A stretch of 64,000 bases of DNA from Vitrella brassicaformis CCMP3155 (lineage: Eukaryota > Protista > Chromerida), in NCBI GenBank assembly GCA_001179505.1, contig CDMY01000193.1:62001-126000 (forward strand), written 5' to 3'. A model generated the notes under the pieces. The model ran no database searches. It had not been told where the DNA came from and saw only the letters and a list, made by a program, of their open reading frames with translations. A program made the translations under genes and the position numbers. Numbering within the stretch: position 1 is the first letter of the stretch; each line of letters starts with the position of its first letter. Below are positions 9,354-20,957 of the stretch, one piece after another.

Positions 9354-12300
9354 TCACCCCCACGACTCGTTGGGCCGCTCATCGCCACCACCGCCATGAG
9401 ACGGGTCGTTTGGGTGTGGGTCGTGGCCGTCGCTCTGCGCGTCCCATCTCGACACGTCCGGGGAGGCGCTCGAGGGGTCGTTGCCGTCAGCGGCAGTCCT
9501 GCCGCCGACACCGCTCCATCCAATGAGGAACTTGCAGATGTCGGAGGCCGTGATGACGCCACGCAGCGTGTTGCTGACACACGACACACATGGCAGTGGC
9601 AAGGGATGGATGTCTGTGTGTCTTTGTCTCTTGAGGGCGCGGCGCGTGTATTGTATGGTTGGCTGCCCACTCGTTTGGGTCGCATAGGAATACTCTTCTG
9701 TGTTCACAGAAGAGAACGTGGGCGCTGGCGTCGCGCAGCAGGATGTCGCTCTCGTACACCTGCAGCCATCCATCCATCCATCCATGAGGAAAGTTCCAGG
9801 AAAGACCATCTAGATTGATGCCCACCTCGCACTGTTGGCTGAGCCCTCCTGGCACCGCCCCCGAAAAGGCCATCGACCCAGCGGGCGACGGGGTCGCCGC
9901 CACACTCCCTTTACACACAACGACACAACACACACGTCCACACACATCCAACGCACCATCTCTCGCCCTTCTGTTGCTCAGCTCAGCTCACCGCCGGATG
10001 CGCCGGGCCCAGCGGGTGCATTTGATTCCGACAGCTGCCTGTGCATGTGCATGGGTGGCGCGGCGAGGGTGCCGCCGGCCGCCTGTATGCTGGCGGGTGC
10101 GGGGGACACCTGTGGGACGGCCGTGGGGGACGGGGCGGCGGGGGGGCTTGGGGCGGTCGTGAGGGACTCCAAGGCAGCATCGACGGACGACTGCATGTCG
10201 ATCTGGAACTGCATTCAACACCAGACACATGCATGAGTGGGTGGATGGAGTGGAAGATGATGATTGATGCGTGTCTGTGTGTGTGCTGTGGTGCGTACTG
10301 TTGGGTCAGAGAATCCCCTCCAGACAAGCTGCACGAAGTGCTGCCGGGAGAAACACCCCTTGTACGCGCCTGCAGAGACAGACAGACAGACAGACGTACA
10401 CACACAGATGGATGGAGGTGTGGACAGCAGCGGCAGGATTAGCGGCCCGCTCGACGTAGTACGCACCGGCATCATCTGTGAGCGGCATGACTGATATCCT
10501 CCTCTCCAGCATCTTGCCCAACACCTGCCCGTCCAGAAAAGCCGACAAGGAAGTGTCCAATGGTGCCTTGATGGGGTCACCGATCTCCCTCGGTGCCGTA
10601 CCTCGATGAGGGGAGTGGACCGTCTCAGCGTCACGATGTCCGTGTAGGTGCCAACCTGACACAGAGGAATCACACACAGGAATGAGGCGCCAGCTTGGTC
10701 GTTTTGTAGGGCATAGCTAGTCACCTTGAGGGCCGCCCTCACAGGCATGTTAAAAATATCAAAGGTACCCCGCAGCTGAACACACACACACACACACACG
10801 CGCGCAGACAGCCATCAGACAGCCATCACTCAGGGTTACAGAAACAGGGGAGCTCTCTCTGCAGGGCAGGTGTGTATTACGTACGTTCTGGACTAGGTGT
10901 GTGAGTATGTGTATGAGGGATATAAAGCTCAGGGGCGACCCCCGATCGTCATTCCACACGGCCACATGCGGAGATCTGCACACAACACAACACACACACG
11001 CAGCCGTGGATCGCCCTTCATCGAGTAGGTGTTTGTTTGTTTCCTCCACTCACTGTGTGTCCAGCAGCAGCCTCAGGGCATCGAGCAGCGTCCTCTGAGT
11101 CGTCACCGCCGGAAAACAACGCGGCATGCGAGCCAACTCTACACGCACACACACACACATCACATCACATGAGATCACATCAACACACACAGCACAGCAC
11201 AGCACAGTGAGGGCAGGAAGGGCAATTAGTCAGTCACCTCACCCAGCCCAACCCATGTTGGCCCCACCCATCCACCCATCCAGTGAGTCAGTCAGTCGGC
11301 TCACTTACCCCTCCATTTTTCGATGCTGACATCCCACGCCGCCACCTCTCCACTCGGAGCACTGGCAGCCGCACCACCCGTACCAGAGCCGCCAGCACTC
11401 GCCCTGCCCCACGGCCCGTCAGATGCCGATCCTGGCCCGCCACCCGGACTGGCCGCGTGTGATGGGGGGTGCGATGACGGGTCCGACGGTGTGGGGGTGG
11501 ATGGCGGCATCGAGCCGCCCTTAATCGATGGAGAGCTGCCGTCACGGACGGTGGTCAGGGGGTCGCTCGTGTGGCCGTTGTCTGCGGGGGGGAGCGGGGC
11601 GTCGGTGGGGGGGTTGGGAGGGGTCAGGGGGAAGGACGCATCGGGGGGGTCCGATGACGAGGGAGGGGGCGACCCGCCGTCCAGGAAGCCCTCAAAGTCA
11701 TCCGGTGGATGCCGGAGGGTCACCGCCTCGTCTCGGTGGACCTCATATGTGTCCGCTTCAGACGCGAAGTATGCCCGCAGCTGCGATGACGCCAGACCCG
11801 CCAAAACCGAATGCTCGGGGGAGTCCTGCAGTCGCTGCCGAATGGCGGCCAGGGACGGCCTGACCCGATCGCGATAGAGCCCGTCCACCACGGATGCCAG
11901 CATGGCGCCCCAATCGCTGGCCTTTTTCGCCAGCGCGTCGGAGCCGACGGGCGATGCCCCACCGCCGCCATCCTCGCCCGTCGAGTCGGCCTGCTGCACC
12001 ACATGGAGCCACTGCTCCCGCGATGAGGTGGCCGCTGCCGCCGTGGGTGATGGGTGGTCGGATGGGGCGGGCGAGGGCGATGACGGGGGCAGGGGTGAGG
12101 GGAGGGAGGCCTGGCAGGCCTGCAGGGCGGCGTAGTAGCCTCTGAAGAAGTCGATGAGCTCCCATGAGGTGAGCAGGCCCACGAAAGAGCGGTCCTCCAC
12201 GTGCCAGAGAGAGGCAAAGGACTTCTCTGCGCCAAGTGTAATGAATGGACAGAAGAGTCGACCGATGAGTCCACATCGACCGATGGATGCACTCATGCTC

Positions 12301-12931
12301 ATTGCGCACTTACTGTAGTCTAGGAGTGCCCTGATCGCCACGTGCATGGGGATCCTCGTGTCCAGTACCAACATCTGAACACACATCCATCCATCCATCC
12401 AAATATCGATTATCGACCATCCGTCTGCCTGCCTGTCTGCCTGTCTGGCCCTCTCCCCGTCCGTCATGAAGTGGATGGATGCCCTGTGTGTGATGTGATG
12501 TAGCTGACCCTTGTGTTTTCGGGCACAAATTCATAGAGCATAGTTTGGTCGAAGAAATGCCTTAAACTCCTTTGTGCCGTCGCCACATCGCCTCCGCCCG
12601 ACCCCTCATCCCCCGCCCCTCCCCGCTGGCCCGCCTCGCCAGACCGCGAGCCGCCATGGTCGCCGCCGCCAGTGTGATGATGGCCGCTGTTCTGGCTGGC
12701 GCTGTCCGAGTGTTGGCTGGAGGCGCTCAGCCCGCCGATGCCCACCACAGGTGCCCTATGGTGGTTAGCGGCCGCCAGTGTCCTTGGCGGTGCGCCTGCA
12801 GGAGGGCTGCCGCCGGTGTGGGAGAAGGGGTGTGGAATGCTGCTCGATGTCGTGTTGGTGTTGGTCTGGCTGTGCGTCTCGGCGGCGGTGCTATCTGTCT
12901 CGGCCTTGTTGTCGTTCACATCGTCCATCAC
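9354..12931 (-). CDS. SNF4: AMP-activated protein kinase gamma subunit-like (CBS-domain) protein with a large insert
   Basis: Spliced MLVLDTRIPMHVAIRALL...SFASLWHVEDRSFVGLLTSWELIDFFRGYY, SIEKWR, RRISVMPLTD, HRRVFLCD, LRGVITASDICKFL. These parallel the AMPK-gamma CBS1-4 segments in order. Confidence 0.82.
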
Positions 12932-13424
12932 ACAAGACCGTCACGGGCCGATCTCCAGACAACCGATGCCACCACGGATGCACACAAGCTGCACAGCCCG
13001 ATGACAGCCGCGATAGCGCCAGCCAGGCACTCACCACCTCACAGCGAGATGCGGACTCGGCGGACAGAGATGTCAGCTAACTATACATAAAGCGCTCTGC
13101 CTCGTCACAGCACGCCCTGCAGCTGTTCGACGCGGAACGCAAAGTTCGGGAAAATCACAGTTTGTGCGAGCTCTTGAAATAGCTCGCAGTCAGGAGGGTC
13201 TGAATGCAATGCACTGCAATGGCCATGATGTGAATGTTTGAGACCTGCTTGTGTGTTCGGGGGTTGGTGGCCGATAGACAGCCTACCGAACGATCAATGA
13301 ATTCAGGCATGTTAAATGTCCTAGTCAGCACACAGAGAAATCACGTCACACGGATCAAGGGCACAGCTCACATCACATCCACTGCCTGACTGGGTTGACT
13401 GACTGCCGCATGGCATGCACTCAA

Positions 13425-14237
13425 TTAAATGATCTTCTGCGTCTGGAAGAATCTGGTGAGGTGGTAGATTTGCAGGACGGTGCAGGTGACGGTGAGGATG
13501 ACCTGCGCGGCCGAGAACCACATGACGCGCGAGCCGATCACCTCCGACGCGTAGGCGAACTCCTCCTCTTGCAGCTTCTCGTAGTCGTTCTCGGCCGAGA
13601 CGGCCTCCGCACGGTCCACCAGCTTCTTGACCGACATCTGGATCGTGTTCAGATGATCCTTCTTGGCTACCTCCTAAACCGCAACCACACAATCAAATCA
13701 ACTGTGTGGTGCAGTGATGGCCATGTCATGCGCACCTCTGGGTTGATGTCTGAGTCGCCGAGCTCTATGGAGAATGTCCACTTGAGCAGTGATGTCGAGA
13801 ACCACTTGGAGGACTGGCACTTGATGCACACCTTGTACTCGCCGTTCTGCGTCGTCAGGTGCGCCACCTTGCCCTTGGGCTCAGCAGCCAGCACCTCCTT
13901 CGAGAACACTTGGCGGCCCCTCGGATCTTTGAACACGATGCTGCACGACACACCTGCACACATACACGCAGAGGATCACACAGCAGGCGAGGTGAGTGAG
14001 AGTGAGTTTGTCTTTGCTGGCTGCTGCAGGTCATTGACCTGGGTTGTCCGGGTTTGAGTAGGTGGTGGTGATGACCTGATTGGCCGGCACGTTCTCGAGA
14101 AAGCACTTCTCGGCACCCTCAGAGACGTAGAAGTAAGCCGCACGTGAGAGGCACAGGCAGTAGAAGAGGACGCATGACCACAGATAGACAACACATGAAG
14201 GTCTTGGTGAGCCCCTGCATAGCCTCCGGCGTTCCAT
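13425..14237 (-). CDS. emp24/gp25L/p24 family GOLD-domain cargo receptor, 3 exons
   Basis: Signal peptide, YFYVSEGAEKCFLENVP, GEYKVCIKC, coiled coil, SRVMWFSAAQVIL TM helix, tail LTRFFQTQKII*. Confidence 0.93.
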
Positions 14238-14460
14238 GATCTGTGAGAACGGCAAGGCAGGCGCTGGACGATAGATGGCGGGCTTCTTCGCTTCTTTCGT
14301 TGCGGCGTTTCTTTCGCACAAGAGATGAGAACACCAGCGCTGCACGACGCGTACTCTTGGGGAGATTGCCTGTTTCTTCCCACCTCTTAAGCTCGCATGC
14401 GCTGCTGATCGCTCACTCCGAGGTGGGCAAACGATGCTGCCGCCCTCGCAGATGTGACTG

Positions 14461-17400
14461 ATGAAAGAGATGAATTCATCTACCTCGTCGATGATCCTGC
14501 TGATCTGTGGCCTCTGTTACACGTCCATCCAGGCCTTCATCGTCAGCCCGCCGCCGCTCAGCAGCGATGAAGGAGGAAGGCAGACAAGGCTCACGAGGCT
14601 CAGCAGAGGCAGAGGCAACAGTGGGTTGAGTCATATGCGCTCCCTGAGCCCAGCAGCAGCCCGTCTGATCAGGCAGAAGAAGAGGGGGCAGAGCAACAAG
14701 GAAGATCCGTCAGCGGCCACGGCCGATGAGAGCGCCGGCAGTGGAGGGCCGTCCCCATCTCTCAGTGAAGACAACGAGAGCAATGCTGTGGATGAGCTCA
14801 CCTTCAATGAGGGCGACGTCTGGACAGCGGACTTGCCGAGCAAACCCTCGCCTTTCAGGCGGGTGGCGGAGAGGCGGATGGCGCAGCTGCAGAGGGAAAA
14901 GAGGCAGGGGAAGGCTGACGCGGCGAGCGCCGCTTCGGGAGAGGAGGACAGAGTCGACGCCCTGGAGTACTGCAGGCGGCAGATGGTGGAGAATGATATC
15001 GACCTGTACTTCATGACGAGCAGCGACGAGCAGATGAACCGCCGGCCAACGCGATTCAATCAGCGATTGAAAAGGCTAACCGGATACACGTAAGCGGGCA
15101 GAGAGAACACGCAGTCAGGCCTGTGTGTGCATCCCGACGTGCCGCGCATGTCTGTGTGCACGTGTGTGTGTGTCAGCGGCATGGCGCTGGCGATCGTGGG
15201 CCGCGAGGAGGGGAGGGCGCATCTGTGGAATATGGACAGGAGGAGGGCAGAGATGTACATCCACACCGACAAGTGGGGCGTCACAAATCTGCAGATAGAC
15301 CTGCCGAACACCGGCTCGTTCGACAAGGATGTGTTTGACAAGCCGCCGTCGGTGGAGGAGTGGCTCGGCAAGTACGGCAAGGACGGCATGCGAGTTGGGA
15401 TCAACCCTCTGACCACAACCATCGGCGAGATGCAGAGGTACGCATCTGTCTTGTGTACGTCACGAACATCCACACAGCAGCAGTGAGTGCAATGGGTCTT
15501 TTCTTTCTTCTCGTAGCTTGGCTGAGACTCTTAATGGCTTCGAAAACTGTCAAATCTTGTTTGTCGAGGACGATCTTTTGCCACCCTCCCTCGCTGAGGA
15601 GACCCCTGTCGACCCGATCCACTGCATCCCTCCCGGGTACATCCGCGCCACGCCGGCCGACCACATTGCGCGGATCCACCAGATAATGAACGGGTCGGCC
15701 TCCCTGATGCTGCTGACCGACCCTGAGGAGATTTCCTTCTATTTGAATGTGAGGGCAACCGACTTCGAGCAGCTGCCGGGCGTCCGCCACGGGTTCTATG
15801 GCTACATGGTCATCAGCCACCCCACCACCGGCACCAGCGACCACCCACCAGCGAGGCTCTACGTGGCGCCCGAGCGGCTGGATGAAGAGGCAAAGGCCTA
15901 CCTGTCAGCTTACGGCGTCGAGGCCCGCCCTTACGATCCTCTTGTCGGCGACCTTCGTCCTCTACTGCAGCAGCAGGTTGAGACGAGGCTATGGATCCCA
16001 CCAGACAGCAACATGGCCATTTATCGCTCACTTCTAGGCCTCGCGGACACGCCTGAGGCCTCCGTGAGCGACGTGGCCGAGACCATCAACAATCCTCCAT
16101 CGCCCAGGATCACCATCCGCCCCTCTCCCGGCCTGCATCTTCCCGACGTGGCATCCAAGGCCTACGGACGGGCAGATCTCTCATCGCCCTTCTACCAAAC
16201 GTACACACCGAAGAGAGTGGATGGGCAGGGGCCGCTGGCTGGCGAGTTGTCACCCCTGTCGCCGTCCGTCATCGCGGGTGTGACAACGCTTAGCAAGGAG
16301 GAGAGGGAGAAGAAGCTGCAGGAGCTGATCGAGACCAAGAGGGAGGTGCGCGGCGAGACCAAAACCACAACCACAACCACCACCGCACAGAAAAGTGAGC
16401 GGGGGAGGCAGACAGGGAGAGGGAGGGAGAATGCATACACACACACCCATTGATTCAACAAGCCCTTCTCAATCGTCTCCCCGCGTATCATTCAGGGGCG
16501 CTTGCCCAAGCATCTAGCCAGTCGCGTCTGCATCCCGACGAGTCTGCCACCTCCCTCCCCAGCTGGTCGCGCCTGCTGGGCGGGGCGCTGCCCAGCCGGG
16601 ACGACCAGGAGGACGAGCTCGAGAATGAGATCTCGAAGTACATCCTCGACTACAGGCGGCCGACTGAGGAGCTGAGCGAGATCGGGGATGACGACCGTGA
16701 GGATGGCGGGCCTGACGGGGCGCTGCCGAGGGTCAAGTGGCGGGACGTTGTGGGGCTTGATGATGTGAAACGAAGGTGCGTGTCCTGGTTGGGGAGGGGC
16801 GTCGCAGCTGTGCATTCATTCGCAGCCGTGCGGTGCGGTGCATGCTGGCTGCAGCTTGCTGGAGCTGATTGTACTGCCTGCCCTGAACCCGTCCTTGTTC
16901 ACCGGCCTGCGGACACCAAGCCGTGGTCTCCTTCTTTTCGGACCGCCAGGTAAGTGGTGGATCGGGGAGGGAGGGAGGGAGGGAGGGAACCAAGGGAGAC
17001 AGACGGCACACACAGAAAGATGCCCCACACACTGTGTTTGTCGACCCCTGCCCGTGGCTGCCCAGGAAACGGCAAGACGTTCGCCGCAAAGGCAGTGGCA
17101 GCACAGGTAGAGCGGAGATGAAGCGACACCTGCAGAAGAAGGACGCATCATCGTGATGTGTGTGGCATGACAGTGTAACTCCACGTTCTTTCTTGTCGAC
17201 GCCGCCTCACTGACGTCGAAATGGTACGCCACTGAGACCTAACTGACCGCTCAGTCCTCTCCCTCCCTCCCTCCCTCTCTCCCTCCCTCCCTCCCTCCTT
17301 CCCTTCCCTTATGTGTCACGTCTGTTGTGTGCATGTGTGCAGGTATGGCGAGTCCGAGAAGCTGGTTCGCGCGTTGTTTCGTGTGGCGCGTGCGCGTTCC

Positions 17401-18098
17401 CCCTCGATCATCTTCCTGGATGAGCTCGACAGCCTCCTGTCGGCACGCGACACGGGAGACCGGGGCGTCAGCAGAAGAATGAAGTCAGAGTTCCTTGTGC
17501 AGCTCGATGGCGTCACCGCCGGCAACGACCCAAGCGACGCGAGGGTGCAGTTTATCGGTGCCACAAACAGGCCTATGGATCTTGATGAGGCGTTGCTGCG
17601 TCGGCTGCCCAAGCGGCTGATGGTTCCCTTGCCTGACGACAGGGGGCGGGAGGCGCTGGTCAGGAAGCTCTTGCGCGAGCACCCCGAAGGCCATGCACTC
17701 GCAGATAGCGACTTCAACTTCGTAAGTTAGCAAACACCAGCCACACGTGATCACGGCGGCAGGCCGACACACCCATGAATGTGTGTGTGTGTGTGTGTGA
17801 TGCATGGCTTCAGCTGGCACTTGAGACCGATGGCTATTCGTATTCTGACATCACCCAGCTGTGCCGGGAGGCCTCATTGGCGCCCGTCCGTGACGCCCTC
17901 ATGACGTCGGTTGATCTCGATGCTGGCTTGGACGGGGCTCATCAGGAGGCGATATCGTCACTGAGTGGGGCCGATCTAAGGCCGCTGCGGATGGGGGACC
18001 TGCTGGCGGCAAAGGAGAGGATCAGAGCCACCACATCCGAGGACACTGTGCGGGAGCTGCGGGAGTGGGACGCCAAATTTGGAGCCAGCCGGATGTAG
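14461..18098 (+). CDS. Fusion: bipartite leader + aminopeptidase P N-terminal (creatinase-N-like) domains + spastin/fidgetin-type AAA+ ATPase; 9 exons, about 965 aa
   Basis: Exons 14461-15089, 15177-15437, 15517-16394, 16496-16775, 16855-16949, 17066-17106, 17174-17223, 17343-17721 and 17814-18098 are all GT-AG and phase-compatible (2898 nt). APP-N motifs: [46 protein letters not shown] motifs: [53 protein letters not shown]. Confidence 0.85.
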
Positions 18099-18740
18099 TG
18101 TGGAGAATGGGCACTTGGATGTGTGTTGATCGATCGCTGTGTTGAGACAGTAGCGTGTGTGTGAGTATGCTGCACATAGCTATGCTTTGTGTGTGGTTCG
18201 AAGACAGACAGACAGACAGACGGACAGAGGATGGGATGTCCAATATTGTGCGAGCAAGTCAGCGATGGATGAAGGAAGGGGTGGCTTACTCAGCGTAATG
18301 TATGTGAGTGGATGGGTGAACTGCGTGCGTGGCGACTCAACGAATATTTGTCACCCAGACAAGGGTGAGGACATGACCACACTTGTACAGAACCACCCAG
18401 AGACATGTACACACGTTCAGTCAAATGATCAGTCAACCCACTGCTGGCCCTGATTGTTCACCACCTGACGCGCACAGAAGACAACGACATCCATCCATCC
18501 ATCCATCCAACCATCAATTCTCACAGTAACGTGACCACATAACGTCGGGCAGATGAGAAAGAAGGAGAGAGAACCAGGAAGAGAGAGGATCACACACAGA
18601 AACACGGCACCGTGCGGCTCGCAGAAAGCAGCGCAGACAGACACAAAATCAGTGCAGAGAAAAGAGCTGCACCGTAGAAAGCTGTGAGTGTCCACACAGC
18701 ATGGGGCGCCCCGCCTATTTTATGTATCACAGCGCCCTCA

Positions 18741-19620
18741 TCAGTAGGGTGCAGCCTTTGCAGCCCCCCTCCTCTTGCCCTCGCCCGACAGCCGAACCAC
18801 CTCCTCGATGCGCCGCTCTCGTGTAGCCGCCCTCTTGGCCGACAGCACCCACTCAAGCGTACCCTATACACATACGCATCGCATGCACCGCACCACAGGC
18901 ACACACGCCAGACAGAGGGTCATGCAGACAAAGTGAAACGGATGCAGTGCACCTCAGTACCATCCATACCCGTTTGTATGACTTTGGGAACTTGTCCCAT
19001 GCTTCCTGTGCTTTGGGGTTCTCCTGCATTGCCGCCGCGAGGTCGTCGGGTAGCGTCAGGGAGTCGGCGCCATTCAGTGCATCCCACTGACCATTATCCT
19101 TGGCGCAATCGATGGCTCCCTGGCCAGCCGGGGTCATCTTGCCCTGTGCAATGAGCTTCTGGACCCGCCGCTTGTTGATGGCCGACCAGTTGGACCTGGG
19201 CCGCCTAGGAGAGATCACACAGAGGTAGCTCTCGCTGTCCCACTTGGCCACTCGCGAGTCAATCCAGCCGTAGCACAAAAGCTCATCCACCGCCTCATCG
19301 TATGTCACGGATGGGGTGCTGCTGGCCTTCTTGAACAGCCGCAGCCACACGCTGCTCTTCTGCTGGTGGTGTTCCTTAAGCCACCCTCGAAGGGCCTCTG
19401 CGCTGCTTGCAGTGACGATTTGCAGCCCCTCGTGCTGTGTGGCCATCAGCAGCAGGTCCGCGCGTCGCCTTGCAGGGGGAGGAATCCGACGAGTGGGGAC
19501 AGCAGTCAAGGCCGTGCTCCAGGCAAGGAAGCCGACGATGAATAGAGGTGGCGGTAGAGATGAGGCGCCTCCTCTTGCTGCAGGAGTGGACGTCAAGGCA
19601 GGCGGATCTTCCTGGGGCAT
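18741..19620 (-). CDS. YdeI/OmpD-associated (bacteriocin-protection) family protein with N-terminal extension, 2 exons
   Basis: LRGWLKEHH...VWLRLFKK...VTYDEAVDELLCYGWIDS, SPRRPRSNWSAINKRRVQKLIAQGKMTPAG, LPDDLAAAM...W. Intron 18969-18864, then TLEWVLSAKRAATRERRIEEVV; stop 18741-18743. Confidence 0.88.
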
Positions 19621-20295
19621 TCACGTCGAACGATGTAACGACCTTCTGCAGCATACCTGCACCATCGCTCCCATCCTTTCCGCTTGGGGCTTTGCGAGCT
19701 TTTACAGACAAGTAAGGCGCCCAGGCAAGCTGAGCGCGGTGCACGACCCCCCCAGTGGATGGGCCGATTTGCGCGTTCGACGGAGAATGCGGATGTGTCC
19801 AAAAAACACGTCGATCACACTATCCATGCAATGAATTAAAGAACACATACAATTGCATGCATGTCCTTCTCCCTTTTGTAGAGCTGTGTGTGTGTCTGTC
19901 CGCGGATGTGTCATGATAGGTAGGAACACTAACAGGTACACAGGTAAGGACAAGACGCACAGCACAAATCATGAAGTGGGGGGAAAGGGCGGACCAGGAG
20001 GGGGGCAGACAAACAGCGCAGATCAACAAACAAGTGATTTACCGCTAAATCGTCGAAAAATGACCGGTGAGAAGAGTGAGAACTGTGCCTTCTTGATGTC
20101 GAGCCTATTGGCACGATAGCCCATTGGCCCACGCTCTTCAGGAGCTTGCCCAGAGTCGTGACGACACCAGCCCATCATTGGACGGTTTCCTGGTCGTGTC
20201 TTTGTCGTTTGTGTCGATGGCGGCTCCGAACTTTGCAGACACAGAAGAGAGAGGCGTTGTTGTGTGGGAGATGTGTGTGTGTGTGTGTGTGTGTG

Positions 20296-20595
20296 NNNNN
20301 NNNNNNNNNNNNNNNNNNNNNNNNNNNNNNNNNNNNNNNNNNNNNNNNNNNNNNNNNNNNNNNNNNNNNNNNNNNNNNNNNNNNNNNNNNNNNNNNNNNN
20401 NNNNNNNNNNNNNNNNNNNNNNNNNNNNNNNNNNNNNNNNNNNNNNNNNNNNNNNNNNNNNNNNNNNNNNNNNNNNNNNNNNNNNNNNNNNNNNNNNNNN
20501 NNNNNNNNNNNNNNNNNNNNNNNNNNNNNNNNNNNNNNNNNNNNNNNNNNNNNNNNNNNNNNNNNNNNNNNNNNNNNNNNNNNNNNNNNNNNNNN
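20296..20595. other. Assembly gap (300 N) abutting a (GT)n tract
   Basis: Run of N from 20296 to 20595, directly after (GT)n. Confidence 0.99.
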
Positions 20596-20957
20596 ACCAT
20601 GTGGATTTGCCATCGGGCAGGCGAGTGGGACCTTGTACGAGGAAGAGAGAGGTCGACCACACAAGCCGTCTGGCTCATCTGGCTCGTCGCCTGTGTCAAA
20701 ACCACGCCGCAACACTCATCCTACTTGCGAGCTTAAAGGCGAGCTTTCGATGCATGCACGAGCTTTTCTCCTTCCGAAAAGACATCTCGGTGAGCCGTCA
20801 TGTAGCTCAGTATCAGCACACGAAGTTTCCGCTTTCCAGGAGGGCATTTTCATGAAGTCCGTTACGCCATCCGCCATACGCGATTCGCGCACGGAGAAAA
20901 AGTAGCCTAGAGCACTCCCCCAGCTGGTGCTTTTGGGGGGTCGTGAAGTTTTGGCCG

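Noticed and set aside
8399-9399. ORFs rich in CV, HT or TD dipeptides, here and throughout introns
   Set aside because: They are translations of (GT)n, (CA)n and (GACA)n microsatellites.
11323-12292. Long antisense or alternative-frame ORFs over GC-rich exons (also 44581-45153, 58134-59498, 60324-60851)
   Set aside because: They are shadow ORFs expected from high GC3 and stop-codon scarcity opposite real exons.
16450-16953. Independent start (MIQQALL...) for the AAA ATPase
   Set aside because: It begins at TTG inside a sequence that behaves as an intron 3' end, with a pyrimidine tract and CAG at 16495. Splicing from 16395 fits the frame better.
18741-19620. Bacterial contaminant contig
   Set aside because: The gene has a spliceosomal intron, and its flanks carry the same microsatellites as the rest of the window.
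20023-20905. ORFs spanning the N gap
   Set aside because: They are open only because N codons contain no stops. A small gene here cannot be supported or excluded.
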